The notes: generated from the sequence alone by a model not told the origin. 64,000 bases of DNA from Candidatus Latescibacterota bacterium (GCA_965223905.1 CBDCXV010000001.1:1120001-1184000), one strand, 5' to 3'; counted from the stretch's first letter, positions 43,019-54,145 are shown. Numbers and translations: made by a program.

Positions 43019-43843
43019 ATGATGCCTGAGCGCGGCGACAGCCTCGCCGTCCAGCCCACCGGCGGCGCCCTCGGCGCCGAGATCGCCGGATGCGACCTGT
43101 CGGAGCCGCTGACCCCCGCCCAGGTCGTCCGGGTGCGCCGCGCCCTGCTCGACCACGGTGTGGTCTTCTTTCGCCGGCAGCGGCTCGGCGACGAGGACTT
43201 GGTGCGCTTCACCGCCTGCTTCGGCAAACCGGTGCCCCACGTCCGCAAGCAGCGCCCGCGGCGGGTCAAGGAGATCTTCCTCATATCCAACATCAGGGAG
43301 AACGGCGAGCCGATCGGGGAGCTGGGTGACGAGCTGATCCCCTTCCACTCGGACCTCTCCTACCTCCAGCGTCCCGGCACTCTCTCCGTGCTCTACGCGC
43401 TGGAGATACCTTCGACCGGCGGCCAGACCCAGTGGTGCAACTGCACCGCGGCCTACGAGGAGCTCGACGGCGCCATGAAGGTCCGCCTGAAAGGGATGCG
43501 CGCCGTGCACCGCCACTACGTCGAAGCGCAGAACCCTCCCGGGCACGTCGCCCACCCGATCGTGCGCACCCACCCGGAGACGGGCCGGCGCTCGCTCTAT
43601 GTCGGCCCGCACCTGACGCGCTACGTCGTCGGCCTCGGCCCACAGGAGAGCGACTCCCTGCTCGCCGAGCTCTACGCCCATCTCGAGCAGCCCCGGTTCG
43701 TCTGGACCCACGAGTGGCAGGTCGGCGACGTCGTCCTCTTCGACAACCGTCCGACTTTGCACCGGCGCCTCCCCTTTCCCCCGGACCAGCGCCGCCTGAT
43801 GAAGCGCACCCAGGTCTTCAACGACGAGATACCGGTGGAGTAG
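43019..43843 (+). CDS. TauD/TfdA family 2OG-Fe(II) dioxygenase
   Basis: FHSDLSY, HPIVRTHPETGR, FDNRPTLH. Confidence 0.93.
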   Translation: MMPERGDSLAVQPTGGALGAEIAGCDLSEPLTPAQVVRVRRALLDHGVVFFRRQRLGDEDLVRFTACFGKPVPHVRKQRPRRVKEIFLISNIRENGEPIGELGDELIPFHSDLSYLQRPGTLSVLYALEIPSTGGQTQWCNCTAAYEELDGAMKVRLKGMRAVHRHYVEAQNPPGHVAHPIVRTHPETGRRSLYVGPHLTRYVVGLGPQESDSLLAELYAHLEQPRFVWTHEWQVGDVVLFDNRPTLHRRLPFPPDQRRLMKRTQVFNDEIPVE

Positions 43844-43870
43844 CCCCGGGCGGCTCGAGCGAGCGATGAG

Positions 43871-46624
43871 ATGAAAGAGACGGAACTGACCGAACTCGAA
43901 CGGGAGCTGCAGGAGGCCCGGGCCCGCGGCAGCGCCCTGGAGGCGCGCCGGGAGTTCCGCACCACCCGGATCGAGCAAATCGAGGAGCGCCACCTGCGAG
44001 GGGAGGGAGGCCTGGCAATCGCCCGCGCCATCGCCGACGTCACCGACGCCATCGTCCTCGACGCGTACCGGGAGGCGACGGGCGCGGCCGCCGATCCGGC
44101 GCCGGCCCATGCCCTGGTGGCCCTGGGAGGGTACGGCCGCCGGGAGATGTCCCCCTTCTCCGACGTCGACCTGCTGTTCCTGTTCGACAAGGAGAAGGAC
44201 AAGAGCGCCGGACTGATCTCCGGGGTCCTCCATCCGCTGTGGGACGTCGGCTTCGACATCGGCCACGGCAGCCGCACGATCGCCGAGTCGGTGCGCATGA
44301 CCCGCGACGACATCGAGTCCTGCACCGCCATGCTGGACGGGCGCCTCCTCGCCGGGGACCGCGAGCTGTTCGACAGGTTCCAGAAGCGGCTGTTCGCGGG
44401 TCTGCCGAAGAAGACGGTGAACCGGCTCGCGGCGCTGCGGCGCTTCCGCAAGGACCGCTCCGGGCGGGTGCAGGTGCTCGAGCCGAACGTCAAGGAGAGC
44501 GCCGGCGGCCTGCGCGAGATCCACCTGCTCGAGTGGGCCCTGAAGGGGCGCGGCGGACCGGATCTCGCCAAGGTGTGGCCGCGCTTCCTCGACGCCGAGG
44601 ACGTCGAGACCCTGGCCGCGGGGCGCGATTTCCTGTGGCGGGTTCGCCACCAGCTGCACTTCGCGATGGGGCGCAAGCACGACGTCCTCGAACACGAGCA
44701 CAAGACCGCGATCGCCGCGGCCCTGGGATATGACGACCGCGCCGTCGGCGGGGAGGAGCCGGCCGGAGAGCCCGCCCAGGCAGGCGGCAACGGCGACCCC
44801 CGGCACCGGGTCGGAGCCGCGGACCGGCTCGGGGAGGACCGCGGGCTCGAGCTGGCCTCCGAGCATTTCATGCGCGACTACTACCTGCACGCCCGCGGCG
44901 TCTTCCACCTGGTCGAACTCGGTTTCGAGCGCGTCGTCGACAAGCCGCGGCGGCGCAGCCGCCGAATGCTGCTCGAGGATGGGGTGGTGGCCGTCGACGG
45001 CGAGATATCGCTGCCGGACGGCGAGGCCTACTTCCGCGAAGAGCCGCTTCGCCTGCTGCGGATATTCGCCCTCGCCCAGAGCCGGAACATGCGTCTCGGA
45101 GAGCAGGTGCAGCGCTGCATCCTGCAGGCCCTCGACCTGATCGACGACGGCTTCCGCCGCAGCCCCGACGCGAAGGCGATTTTCTCCGCGGTCATCCGCC
45201 GCAAGCAGCGGGTCGCCGCGACCATGAGGTCGATGCACGAGCTGGGGGTGCTGGGAGCCTACCTGCCGGAGTTCGGCTCGCTGACCTGTCTCGTCCAGTA
45301 CGACATCTTCCACCTCTACACCGTCGACGAGCACACCCTGGTCGCCCTGGAGAACCTCGAGACCCTGTCGAAGCGGGAGGAAGGCTCGAGCCTGAAACAG
45401 GTCCTCGGCGCCCTCGAGCGGCGCGACCTGCTGGTGCTCGGCATCCTCCTGCACGACGTCGGCAAGTCGCGGCGGCAGGAGCACATCTCCTGCGGGGTGG
45501 AGATGACGACGGAGCTCCTCGAGCGCCTGCAGCTGCCCGAGGCGGACCGCCGCTTCGTCCTCTTCCTGGTCGAGAATCACCAGGAGATGGTCCTCATCTC
45601 GCAGCGGCGCGACCTCGAAGACCACCGCATGATCGCCGAGTTCGCCGGCAGGTTCGCCAACCCCGACTGGCTGCACGCCCTCTACCTGCTCTCCTACGCC
45701 GACCTGTCCGCGGTCGCCAGCGACGCCTGGAACGACTGGCACGGCGCCCTGCTGTGGGAGCTCTACCGCAAGACCCTGGAGCAGCTCGAGTCGGGGCTGA
45801 AGACCCTGGAGGACCGGCAGTACGCCCGCCAGGCCCTCGACCGCCATCTCAAGGAGATCGCCGGCTCCTGGCCCGCCTCGAAGGTCAAGGCTTTCCAGGC
45901 GCACGTCGAAGCGCTCCCGGGCCGCTACCTGTCCGCCTACGGCCGCGAGGAGATCGAGCGCCACCTCGAGGCCATCGACGCCTTTCTCGCGGCCGAGCCG
46001 AAACAGGGGATCGCCGCCGGCTTCGTCGACCACCCCAGCCACACCGAGGTCCTGGTCTGCGCCCGCGACCAGCCCCACCTGCTGGCGAAGATCTGCGGCG
46101 TCCTGTCCGTCCACGACATCGACATCCTCCGCGCCGGGGTGAACACCCGCGACGACGGCATCGCCCTCGACGTCTTCCAGGTGACCGACGTCGACGGCAC
46201 GGCGCAGCTGCCGGAATGGAAGCGGGAGCGGGTGCGCGCGCAGCTGCAGGAGGTGATCGCCGGCATCAGCGACGTCGAGGACCTGTTCCGGCAGTACAGC
46301 GAGAACTGGCTCCGCCGCCGCCGCAACCTCCCGGTGCGCACCCCGGTGGTCGAGTTCGAGAACCAGGTCTCGGAGGAGTTCACCGTCGTCGACACCGACG
46401 TCCAGAACGGCGTCGGCGTGCTCTACGCCATCACCAGCCTGCTGGCGGAGTTCGATCTCAGCGTCCACACCGCCATCGTCACCACGGTCGCCGACCGCGC
46501 CAGGGACGCCTTCTACGTCGCCGACGGCAGCGGCCGGAAGATCGTCAACTACCAGGTCATGCAGGGGATTCGCGAGCGCCTCCTCGAAACTCTCGGGGCC
46601 GGGTCCGGGCCCCAAACGGCCTGA
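43871..46624 (+). CDS. glnD: [Protein-PII] uridylyltransferase
   Basis: ALGGYGRREM.PFSDVDL, EPNVKES.GGLR, HLYTVDEH, LLHDVGK, two ACT domains. Confidence 0.95.
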   Translation: MKETELTELERELQEARARGSALEARREFRTTRIEQIEERHLRGEGGLAIARAIADVTDAIVLDAYREATGAAADPAPAHALVALGGYGRREMSPFSDVDLLFLFDKEKDKSAGLISGVLHPLWDVGFDIGHGSRTIAESVRMTRDDIESCTAMLDGRLLAGDRELFDRFQKRLFAGLPKKTVNRLAALRRFRKDRSGRVQVLEPNVKESAGGLREIHLLEWALKGRGGPDLAKVWPRFLDAEDVETLAAGRDFLWRVRHQLHFAMGRKHDVLEHEHKTAIAAALGYDDRAVGGEEPAGEPAQAGGNGDPRHRVGAADRLGEDRGLELASEHFMRDYYLHARGVFHLVELGFERVVDKPRRRSRRMLLEDGVVAVDGEISLPDGEAYFREEPLRLLRIFALAQSRNMRLGEQVQRCILQALDLIDDGFRRSPDAKAIFSAVIRRKQRVAATMRSMHELGVLGAYLPEFGSLTCLVQYDIFHLYTVDEHTLVALENLETLSKREEGSSLKQVLGALERRDLLVLGILLHDVGKSRRQEHISCGVEMTTELLERLQLPEADRRFVLFLVENHQEMVLISQRRDLEDHRMIAEFAGRFANPDWLHALYLLSYADLSAVASDAWNDWHGALLWELYRKTLEQLESGLKTLEDRQYARQALDRHLKEIAGSWPASKVKAFQAHVEALPGRYLSAYGREEIERHLEAIDAFLAAEPKQGIAAGFVDHPSHTEVLVCARDQPHLLAKICGVLSVHDIDILRAGVNTRDDGIALDVFQVTDVDGTAQLPEWKRERVRAQLQEVIAGISDVEDLFRQYSENWLRRRRNLPVRTPVVEFENQVSEEFTVVDTDVQNGVGVLYAITSLLAEFDLSVHTAIVTTVADRARDAFYVADGSGRKIVNYQVMQGIRERLLETLGAGSGPQTA

Positions 46625-46634
46625 GGCCGCGGCG

Positions 46635-46940
46635 ATGACTCAGGAGAAATCAGCAAGGCGGGGGGGTTGGGACCCGGTGTTCCTGCACTCCCGCCGCGAG
46701 GCGCTGGTGATCTTCGCGGTCTGGCTCGCGGCGCTGGCCTGGGCGGTTCCCTTCTGCTACCTGACCGGGTACGGAGCCGGCGTGGCGCCGGCCACGGTGC
46801 TCGGCATTCCCTCCTGGGCCTTCTGGGGGATCGCCATGCCCTGGGTCCTCGCCAACGTCTTCACCGTCTGGTTCTGCTTCCGGTTCATGGAGGACGACCC
46901 GCTCGAAGCGTCCGCGGCCGACCCGGAGCAGGGGAGTTGA
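46635..46940 (+). CDS. Small membrane protein, DUF997/YhdT-like
   Basis: RREA motif, two TM helices, GIPSW; overlaps the SSS gene. Confidence 0.75.
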   Translation: MTQEKSARRGGWDPVFLHSRREALVIFAVWLAALAWAVPFCYLTGYGAGVAPATVLGIPSWAFWGIAMPWVLANVFTVWFCFRFMEDDPLEASAADPEQGS

Positions 46941-48835
46941 CCGGCGCCGGCGGTTCCAACGCCGCCCTGTGGACGTTCCTCGTCTACATCGGCGGCGTCC
47001 TCTTCCTGGCCGCCCTGGCCAACCGCCTGCTCACGAACCGCAGCTTTCTCGGCGAGTACTTCCTCGGCAGCCGCAGCCTCGGAGTCTGGGCCTTCGCCCT
47101 GACCTTCGCGGCGACCAGCGCCTCGGGGGGCAGCTTCACCGGGTTCCCCTCGAAGATCTACACCCACGGCTGGATCCTGGCGCTGTGGATCGGCAGCTAC
47201 ATGGTGGTGCCGATCTGCATGATGGGCCTGATCGGCAAGCGCCTGAACCAGGTGGCCCGGATCTCGGGGGCCATCACCGTCCCCGACGTCTTCCGCGACC
47301 GCTTCGCCAGCCCCGGCTTCGGCCTGCTGGCCACCGCCCTCATCGTCTTCTTCATGGCCTTCAACCTGATCGCCCAGTTCAAGGCGGGGAGCCTGATACT
47401 CCAGACCCTGCTCGCCGACGTTCCGGCCTTTCAGGACTTCGCCCGCGGCGCGGCGCCCGCGGCCAGTGCCTGGGGCGGCTCCGTCGATCCGGGGTACCTG
47501 GTCTGCCTGGCCGCCTTCGGCCTCGTCGTCATCCTCTACACCACGTACGGCGGCTTTCACGCCGTCGTCTGGACCGACGTGCTGCAGGGAGCGGCGATGG
47601 TGCTGGGGGTCCTCATCATGCTGCCGCTGACCCTCGGCGAGGTCGGGGGGCTGCGGCAGGCGACAAAGGAGCTGGCGAAGATGACGCCGCCGCGCATCGG
47701 CACCGGCACCCTGGAGCTGCCCGAGTCGCGGCAGGCCGCCCGCATCCCCTCCGGCCACTGGATCTACCGCGGGGAAGCTGCCGGCCGAGCGGAGCTGTTC
47801 CGCGTCACCCGGGCGGTCGACGCCGCCCCGGGAGAGCAGGTCGAAGTGAACCTGCTCGAGGTGACCGCCTCCGAAGAGATCGCCCGCATCCGCTCCGATC
47901 TCGGCCTCGCGGAAAGCGACCTCCGACTAAGCAACCTCGAGCTCGAGCCTTACGCCCATGGCGCCGGGCAGCAGGGAGTCTACGTCTCCGGGCCGGGGCC
48001 TAGCCGCAGCTCTGCCGACGGTTTTCTGCCGCTGAGCCTCGCCTTCTCCTTCTTCTTCATGTGGGCGATCGCCGGCACCGGGCAGCCGGCCCACTACGTC
48101 CGGCTGATGGCCTTCCGCAGCTCGCGGACGCTGATGCGCTCCATAGTCACCGTCGCCTTCTACTACTCGATGATCTATTTCCCGCTGGTCATCATCTTCT
48201 GCTGCGCCCGCATCCTGCTGCCGGGGATGGAGACCGAGTCCGACCGCATCATGCCCGCGGTCGCCATCTACCTGACCGAGAACGCCGGCGTCGCCTGGCT
48301 CGGCGGCCTGCTGGTCGCGGCCCCGTTCGCCGCGGTGATGTCGACGGTCGACAGCTTCCTGCTGATGATCTCCTCCGCCCTGGTGCGGGACGTGTACCAG
48401 CGCAACGTCAACCCCGGGGTCGGGCAGGGCCGCATCCGGGCCCTCAGCTACCTCGTCACCCTGCTGGTCGGAGTCGCGGCGATGGCCGGCGCCGTCGATC
48501 CCCCGCAGTTCCTGCAGGACATCATCGTCTACACCGGCAGCGGCCTCGCCGCCTGCTTTCTCGGCCCGACCGTGTTCGCCCTCTACTGGCCGCGGGCCAA
48601 CGTCTGGGGGTGCGCCGCGGGCATGGCGGCCGGGTTCGCCGCGCACCTGGCGATGTACGCCGGGGGCATCTTCGTCAACGGCAGCTTCTTCCAGCCGGTC
48701 CGTATATTCAACCTCGATCCGATCCTCGCCGGCCTCGCCGTTTCCTTCGCCGGCACCTGGCTCGTCGCGCGCGCGACGCCGACGCCGCCGGACGAAATCA
48801 CCGAAACCTACTTCCGCACGGGAGGACGACAGTGA
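46937..48835 (+). CDS. Sodium:solute symporter (PanF/PutP-like)
   Basis: EYFLGSRSLG, YTTYGGFHAVVWTD, AAVMSTVDS. Confidence 0.92.
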   Translation: MTGAGGSNAALWTFLVYIGGVLFLAALANRLLTNRSFLGEYFLGSRSLGVWAFALTFAATSASGGSFTGFPSKIYTHGWILALWIGSYMVVPICMMGLIGKRLNQVARISGAITVPDVFRDRFASPGFGLLATALIVFFMAFNLIAQFKAGSLILQTLLADVPAFQDFARGAAPAASAWGGSVDPGYLVCLAAFGLVVILYTTYGGFHAVVWTDVLQGAAMVLGVLIMLPLTLGEVGGLRQATKELAKMTPPRIGTGTLELPESRQAARIPSGHWIYRGEAAGRAELFRVTRAVDAAPGEQVEVNLLEVTASEEIARIRSDLGLAESDLRLSNLELEPYAHGAGQQGVYVSGPGPSRSSADGFLPLSLAFSFFFMWAIAGTGQPAHYVRLMAFRSSRTLMRSIVTVAFYYSMIYFPLVIIFCCARILLPGMETESDRIMPAVAIYLTENAGVAWLGGLLVAAPFAAVMSTVDSFLLMISSALVRDVYQRNVNPGVGQGRIRALSYLVTLLVGVAAMAGAVDPPQFLQDIIVYTGSGLAACFLGPTVFALYWPRANVWGCAAGMAAGFAAHLAMYAGGIFVNGSFFQPVRIFNLDPILAGLAVSFAGTWLVARATPTPPDEITETYFRTGGRQ

Positions 48836-50478
48836 ACGGCAACCGCGCAATCGCAAAAATCCTCAGGGCCGAGGGGGTCGACTGGGCCGCCGCTTTCCCC
48901 GAGCAGCCGCTGATCGATGAGCTCGTCGAGGAGGGGATCCGGCCGATCATCTGCCGCCACGAGCGCACCGGCGTCAACATGGCGGACGGGTACAGCCGCA
49001 CCCTGAACCAGTCCCGCTTCGGCGTCTTCACCATGCAGACGGGACCGGGCGCGGAGAACGCGCTGGGGGGCGTCGCCCAGGCCTTCGCCGACTCGATCCC
49101 GATCCTGCTGCTGCCGGGGGGGCAGTCGCGGCAGCGGACCCAGGTGCACCCCCACTTCGAGTCGGTGGAGAACTACCGGCTGATCACCAAGTGGGCGGCC
49201 GAAATCAACCTCGTCACCCGGGTACCCGAGCTGATGCGCCGCGCCTTCACGCTGCTCAAGAACGGCCGCCCCGGGCCGGTGCTGCTGGAGATCCTGCGCG
49301 ACGTCGGCCTCGAGGAGTTCCCGGGCGAGCTGGAGTACACCCCGGTCGCGAGGCTGAGGTCGGCCGCGGCCGCCGAGGACGTGCGCGACCTGGTCGCCGC
49401 CCTTGCGAAGGCGGAACGGCCGATGATCGTCGCCGGGCACGGCGTGCTCTGGGCCGAGGCCAGCGGGGAGCTGGCGCGCTTCGCCGAGCTGGCCGCGGTG
49501 CCGGTGATGACGACGCTGGCCGGAAAGAGCGGCTTTCCCGAGGACCATCCCCTTTCGCTGGGCTGCTACGGCAGCTCCGGAACCGACATGGCCGGCCGCT
49601 TTCTCACGAACGCCGACTTCATCCTCGGGGTCGGCACCAGCTTCACTCCCGCCAATCTCAACGCGGCGATTCCCGACGGGCCGGTGCTGGCGCAGATCAC
49701 CAACTGCCTCGAGGACGTCAACAAGTACCACGCCGTCAGCTACGGCGCCGTGGGGGACGCCCGGCTGGTTCTGAGGCAGGCGGTCGAGGAGGCGAAACGG
49801 CAGTTCGGAGAGCAGGGGCGGGATTCCTCCGGAGTCGCCGGGGAGATCGCCCGCATTCAGGCGGGCTTCATGGCGGAGTGGAAACCGCGCCTGACCTCGA
49901 ACGAGGTGCCGGTCAGCCCCTACCGCGTCTTCACCGAGATCGCGTCGGCGGTCGACGTCGCCAATACCATCATCACCCACGACTCCGGGTTTCCCCGAGA
50001 TCAGCTCGCCCCCTTCTGGCAGTCGACGACGCCGCGCAGCTACATGGGCTGGGGCAAGTCGACGCAGCTCGGCTACGGCCTCGGCCTCGCCCTCGGGGCC
50101 AAGCTCGCCGCCCCGGACAAGCAGGTCGTCAACGTCATGGGGGACGCCGCCTTCGGCATGGCGGGCTTCGACATCGAGACCGCGGCGCGCGCCGAGATAC
50201 CGATCCTCACCGTGGTGCTGAACAACGGCGTGATGACCCACTACCACGAGCACATGCCGCTGGCGACGGAACGCTGGGGCAGCAACAGGCTGGGGGGCGA
50301 CTACGCCGGGGTCGGCGCGGCGCTCGGGGCGTACGCGGAACGGGTCGACGACCCGGATGAGGTCGGCGCCGCCCTGCGCCGCGGGATCGCCGCCAACCGC
50401 GAGGGCAGGCCGGCGGTGATCGAGGTGATGACGAAGGAGGAAGAGGAGATCCCGATGTCGCTCCCGAGATCGGGCTGA
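48832..50478 (+). CDS. Thiamine pyrophosphate-dependent enzyme (acetolactate synthase-like)
   Basis: RHERTGVNMADGYSR, GPGAEN, GDAAFGM...NN TPP motif. Confidence 0.92.
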   Translation: MNGNRAIAKILRAEGVDWAAAFPEQPLIDELVEEGIRPIICRHERTGVNMADGYSRTLNQSRFGVFTMQTGPGAENALGGVAQAFADSIPILLLPGGQSRQRTQVHPHFESVENYRLITKWAAEINLVTRVPELMRRAFTLLKNGRPGPVLLEILRDVGLEEFPGELEYTPVARLRSAAAAEDVRDLVAALAKAERPMIVAGHGVLWAEASGELARFAELAAVPVMTTLAGKSGFPEDHPLSLGCYGSSGTDMAGRFLTNADFILGVGTSFTPANLNAAIPDGPVLAQITNCLEDVNKYHAVSYGAVGDARLVLRQAVEEAKRQFGEQGRDSSGVAGEIARIQAGFMAEWKPRLTSNEVPVSPYRVFTEIASAVDVANTIITHDSGFPRDQLAPFWQSTTPRSYMGWGKSTQLGYGLGLALGAKLAAPDKQVVNVMGDAAFGMAGFDIETAARAEIPILTVVLNNGVMTHYHEHMPLATERWGSNRLGGDYAGVGAALGAYAERVDDPDEVGAALRRGIAANREGRPAVIEVMTKEEEEIPMSLPRSG

Positions 50479-50519
50479 GCACGGTGGCGGGGGGCGCCGC
50501 GGAAGAGGAAAGCGACGGC

Positions 50520-51401
50520 ATGAGCGACCGCTACCGGATGACCGCGGAGGAGAAGTACTACTTCGACCTGCGGGGACACCTCGTGGTGCGGGATGTGCTG
50601 ACCGCCGCGGAAACAGCCGAGTGCAACGCCGCCATCGACCGCTTCGCCGGGCAGATGACGGAGCGCTCCCTCGAGGGGGGCGGCCTAGCCCGCGGTTCGC
50701 AGGCGCTCCGGGGAAGCAGCGGGCGGCGCGAGCTCACAGGAATGCTCGGGTGGCCGGCGTCCTGGCGCGAGCCGTTCCGCAGGCTGCTCGTCCATCCCGT
50801 GGTGGTGTCGCGGCTGAACGAGATCAGCGGCCGCGGCTTCCGCCTCGACCACGGACCCACCCTGATCGCGACGGCCGCCGGCACCGAGGGGCACGCCCTT
50901 CACGGCGCCGGGGAACCGTTCGCCCCTGCGACCTGGTATCACCACCAGAACGGCCGCATCCACTGCCGCGGCGTCACCGTCGCCTGGCAGCTCACCGACG
51001 TCAAGGCCGGCGACGGTGGTTTCGCCATCGTCCCGGGAAGCCACAAGTCGCGCGAGCCCACCCCCGCGGAGGTGCGCTCCGCAGAGGACGACATGGGGCT
51101 GATCGCGCAGCCGCAGATGCGGGCCGGGGACGTGCTCTTCTTCGCCGAGACCGCAACCCACGGCACCCTGCCCTGGCGCGGCGCCGGAGAGCGGCGGTCC
51201 GTCCTCTACAAGTACGCCTCGCGGGGAGCGGCGCGCAGCGTCGGGCGATTCTTCACGCCCCGCGACCGCTACGGCGAGTGGACGGAGGAGCTGACCCCCG
51301 AGCAGCAGGCGGTGCTGTACGGCCCCGGCGTCCACACCGGCGGGAAGCTGCCGATCCTCGAATCGGACGGGCGCACGGTTTCCGTCTCCGGGCGCAGGTG
51401 A
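50520..51401 (+). CDS. Phytanoyl-CoA dioxygenase (PhyH) family
   Basis: FDLRGHLV, LHG, VPGSHK, AGDVLFF, HGT. Confidence 0.88.
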   Translation: MSDRYRMTAEEKYYFDLRGHLVVRDVLTAAETAECNAAIDRFAGQMTERSLEGGGLARGSQALRGSSGRRELTGMLGWPASWREPFRRLLVHPVVVSRLNEISGRGFRLDHGPTLIATAAGTEGHALHGAGEPFAPATWYHHQNGRIHCRGVTVAWQLTDVKAGDGGFAIVPGSHKSREPTPAEVRSAEDDMGLIAQPQMRAGDVLFFAETATHGTLPWRGAGERRSVLYKYASRGAARSVGRFFTPRDRYGEWTEELTPEQQAVLYGPGVHTGGKLPILESDGRTVSVSGRR

Positions 51402-52011
51402 GATCGTGTCCTGGCTCGCCCATATCCCGCCGCGGCAGGGAGCCGCTTTTCAGGCCGGTCCATTTGCGGGTAACAATCGCGATTCAATCCGGGTGAGCTC
51501 ATCTGGGTGGGATTCTCTTCTCGGTTCGTTCTGGCCAGCCCGACTGCGATAATCCATTTCCGCACAGGAGCCAGGCATGGATGACAGGGAGCGGTATTAC
51601 TGGGACCTGACGGGGTACCTGATCGTCAAGGGAGTCCTCGGTCCGGAGGAGCTGCAAAGGGCCAACGAGGGGGTCGATTACTGTCTTCAACACCACGCCT
51701 TCGATCCGGTGATGGATTCCGCCCGCCAGTCGCGGGCCCTGGGCGGTTCGCAGCGGCGGGCCATCCAGGCCGACATGGTCCTGCTGACCCTGGAGAAGCC
51801 GCACTGCGATCCGTTCCGTGAGATGCTCGCCCACCCGCAGGTCGTCGCCCGGCTCAACGCCATGTGCGGGCCCGGGTTCCGGTTCGATCACGGCCCCCAC
51901 TTCATCGGCGGCGTCAAAGGGACGGAGGGCCTGGTAATGCACGGTGCCGGCGAACCCCACCGGCCCTACGTCGGTTACCACCACCAAGGCGGCGAGTCCC
52001 ACTGCCAGGGG

Positions 52012-53681
52012 CCTGAATCCGTGATCACTTCTATAGCAAATGGTCAAGTTTGATATTTAGCATGATCAGGCACTTCTCAACAGAGGATTTGGGTGTCAAC
52101 GACTCGCCATTACGGCTGATGCCGCTGTCGGTGGCTCTCGACGTCGGCTGGAGTCGCAAGAACGGGCATACAGGTGCCTTGCGTACGGCGGAGAGTCGAG
52201 TGCGGGTGAGATCGTCGCCTTCAGGTGCACACACGCAGGTAGGTCCGTCTCCAGACATCGAACCAGGGATTGAAACACCCGAAGCTGAGGCCGAAACGGC
52301 GCGCATGCCGGACCCAGCGGGCCGCTTGGTACATGAGATCGAGAAGGACGCTGCGGAGACGACGACGGCCGGCCTTTTTACGAAAAGCCACGTGCTTTTC
52401 GGGGGGCAGATTGCCGGACTCGCGCAGACCGATTTGGCCGCACAGGCGCAGAGCGTTGTAGGCCATCATGGCCAGCAGCAGCAGGAGCGCGTTGGTGGCG
52501 AACTTGCCCGACGGCAGGCGTTCCAGATCCAGGTCCGTTTTCAACTCGGAGTGGAATTGCTCGCAGGTGCTGTGCTCGCGGTAGAGCCGGATCACGTGCG
52601 CCGGCGGCGCCATCAGGTTGGTCCACCAGGTCTGCACCTCGATTTCGGGGATCAGCAGCGCCTGACCGTCGACGCTGATCGTGCGCCGCACGACCTCGTA
52701 AACGACGCGTTCGAAGGTGTCCTTGCGCTCGCACACCAGCGAGCCGGTGAAGATCTCCTTGCCGGGCCGCGGACAGGTGCGCTCGCCCAGGGCTTCGGCG
52801 TCCTCCAGCCAGGTCTGTTTCGATTCGCTGCGCAGGTTGCGTTTGACGATGAAGTCGGTCTTGGGAGTGCGGCGCAACTGCTGTACGGTGGCGATGTCGT
52901 CATGGGCGCTGTCCATGCGCACCAGCAGCTTTTCCTTGGTGATGCGGCGCGCCAGCCGCAGCGTCTCTCGAATAAAGTCCGGGGCTCCTTCCTGGGAGTG
53001 CTGACTGCCTTCGCGCAGCTGGCAGTTGAGCAGATACCCTTCCTCGCCCAGGTAGGCGAAGATCGGGGCAAAGCCGTCGACCTTCTTGTAGGTCCACGAC
53101 ACCCCTTGTTTTTTGGTGTGGGAGTTGTCGAACACCGACACGTCGATATCCAGCGCGATCCAGGGACCGTAGCGCCCGTCGGCGACTTCGTAACAGGGGG
53201 TGAGCGGCGGCGCGTGACGGGCCACCATGTCGGCCGACTCCTCTCGAATGGCGGTCTCCCCCTGTGCGCCCAAGCCATCGAGCCGCTGCCGCAGCGTGGC
53301 CGCCGACGGCACCGCATCCAGGCCCAGGGCCTGGGCGAAGAAGGGATCGGTGCGAAACGCTTCCACCGCCTCGAAATCCGGCTTGCCCAGCGCCAGCAAG
53401 CCGATCATCGACGTCATCACGTCGCCGTGAGAAACCTCGGGGCAGGGTCGCTCCGGCAAGAGGATTTCATCCACCCGCGCGGCCAAGCGCGTGCGTCCCA
53501 TCAAGGCCCCGATCAAGGCCAAGCCCGAATGCGAGGTCAGCGCTTCTTCGCCCTGCGTAACTTCATACGAAACCAGTCGCAATTCTTCACCTCCAAGGTG
53601 AGTGGATATCCTCCTCTAAGATAGCCCACATTCCCCTCGGAAAACCACCGAAAATCAAGCTCTGGACTTCACGGATTCAGG
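52012..53681 (-). mobile_element. IS1380-family element (1670 bp)
   Basis: IRs CCTGAATCCGTGA / TCACGGATTCAGG; 5-bp TSD AGGGG at 52007-52011 and 53682-53686. Confidence 0.92.
52221..53582 (-). CDS. IS1380-family transposase
   Basis: LTSHSGL, LDIDVS, VRMDSA, EQFHSELKTD, PSGKFATN. Confidence 0.92.
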   Translation of the reverse strand: MRLVSYEVTQGEEALTSHSGLALIGALMGRTRLAARVDEILLPERPCPEVSHGDVMTSMIGLLALGKPDFEAVEAFRTDPFFAQALGLDAVPSAATLRQRLDGLGAQGETAIREESADMVARHAPPLTPCYEVADGRYGPWIALDIDVSVFDNSHTKKQGVSWTYKKVDGFAPIFAYLGEEGYLLNCQLREGSQHSQEGAPDFIRETLRLARRITKEKLLVRMDSAHDDIATVQQLRRTPKTDFIVKRNLRSESKQTWLEDAEALGERTCPRPGKEIFTGSLVCERKDTFERVVYEVVRRTISVDGQALLIPEIEVQTWWTNLMAPPAHVIRLYREHSTCEQFHSELKTDLDLERLPSGKFATNALLLLLAMMAYNALRLCGQIGLRESGNLPPEKHVAFRKKAGRRRLRSVLLDLMYQAARWVRHARRFGLSFGCFNPWFDVWRRTYLRVCT

Positions 53682-54145
53682 AGGGGGTGACCGTCTCCTG
53701 GTTCCTGGCGGACGCGGGCCCCGGAGACGGGGGTTTCGCCTGCGTTCCCGGAAGCCACAAGTCGCGCGAGCCGATACCGCCGGGAGTGCGGTCGTGCGAC
53801 GCCGACATGGGCGTCGTCGAGCAGCCGGTGGTCGAAGCGGGGGACGTGCTGTTCTTCATGGACGGCGCCCAGACCCACGGCACCCTGCGGTGGAACGCCG
53901 ACCACGAGCGGCGCTCCATCCTGTTCAAGTACGCCGGCCGCACCGCCTCCCGGGGAGGGGCCTCGCGGGAGGTGTCCCGGCCAGAGCGCTACTGGCCCGC
54001 CGAGATCGTCGACGGCATGAGCGATGAGCAGCGGGCGGTGATGTTCGGGCCCTGCTCCGCCCCGGGGACGGACAAGGTGTTTCTGCGGGTGGATGAGGAC
54101 GGCACGGTCCGCGTCGACCGGAAGGACGGGTAGCCGATCAGGACC

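Larger units (their letters stand above)
51577..54133 (+). pseudogene. PhyH family dioxygenase split by IS1380
   Basis: HCQG|VTVSW rejoins exactly when 52012-53686 is removed. Confidence 0.9.

Noticed and set aside
42728-46615. 1295-aa minus-strand ORF
   Set aside because: Antisense to the TauD gene and glnD; a codon-bias artefact.
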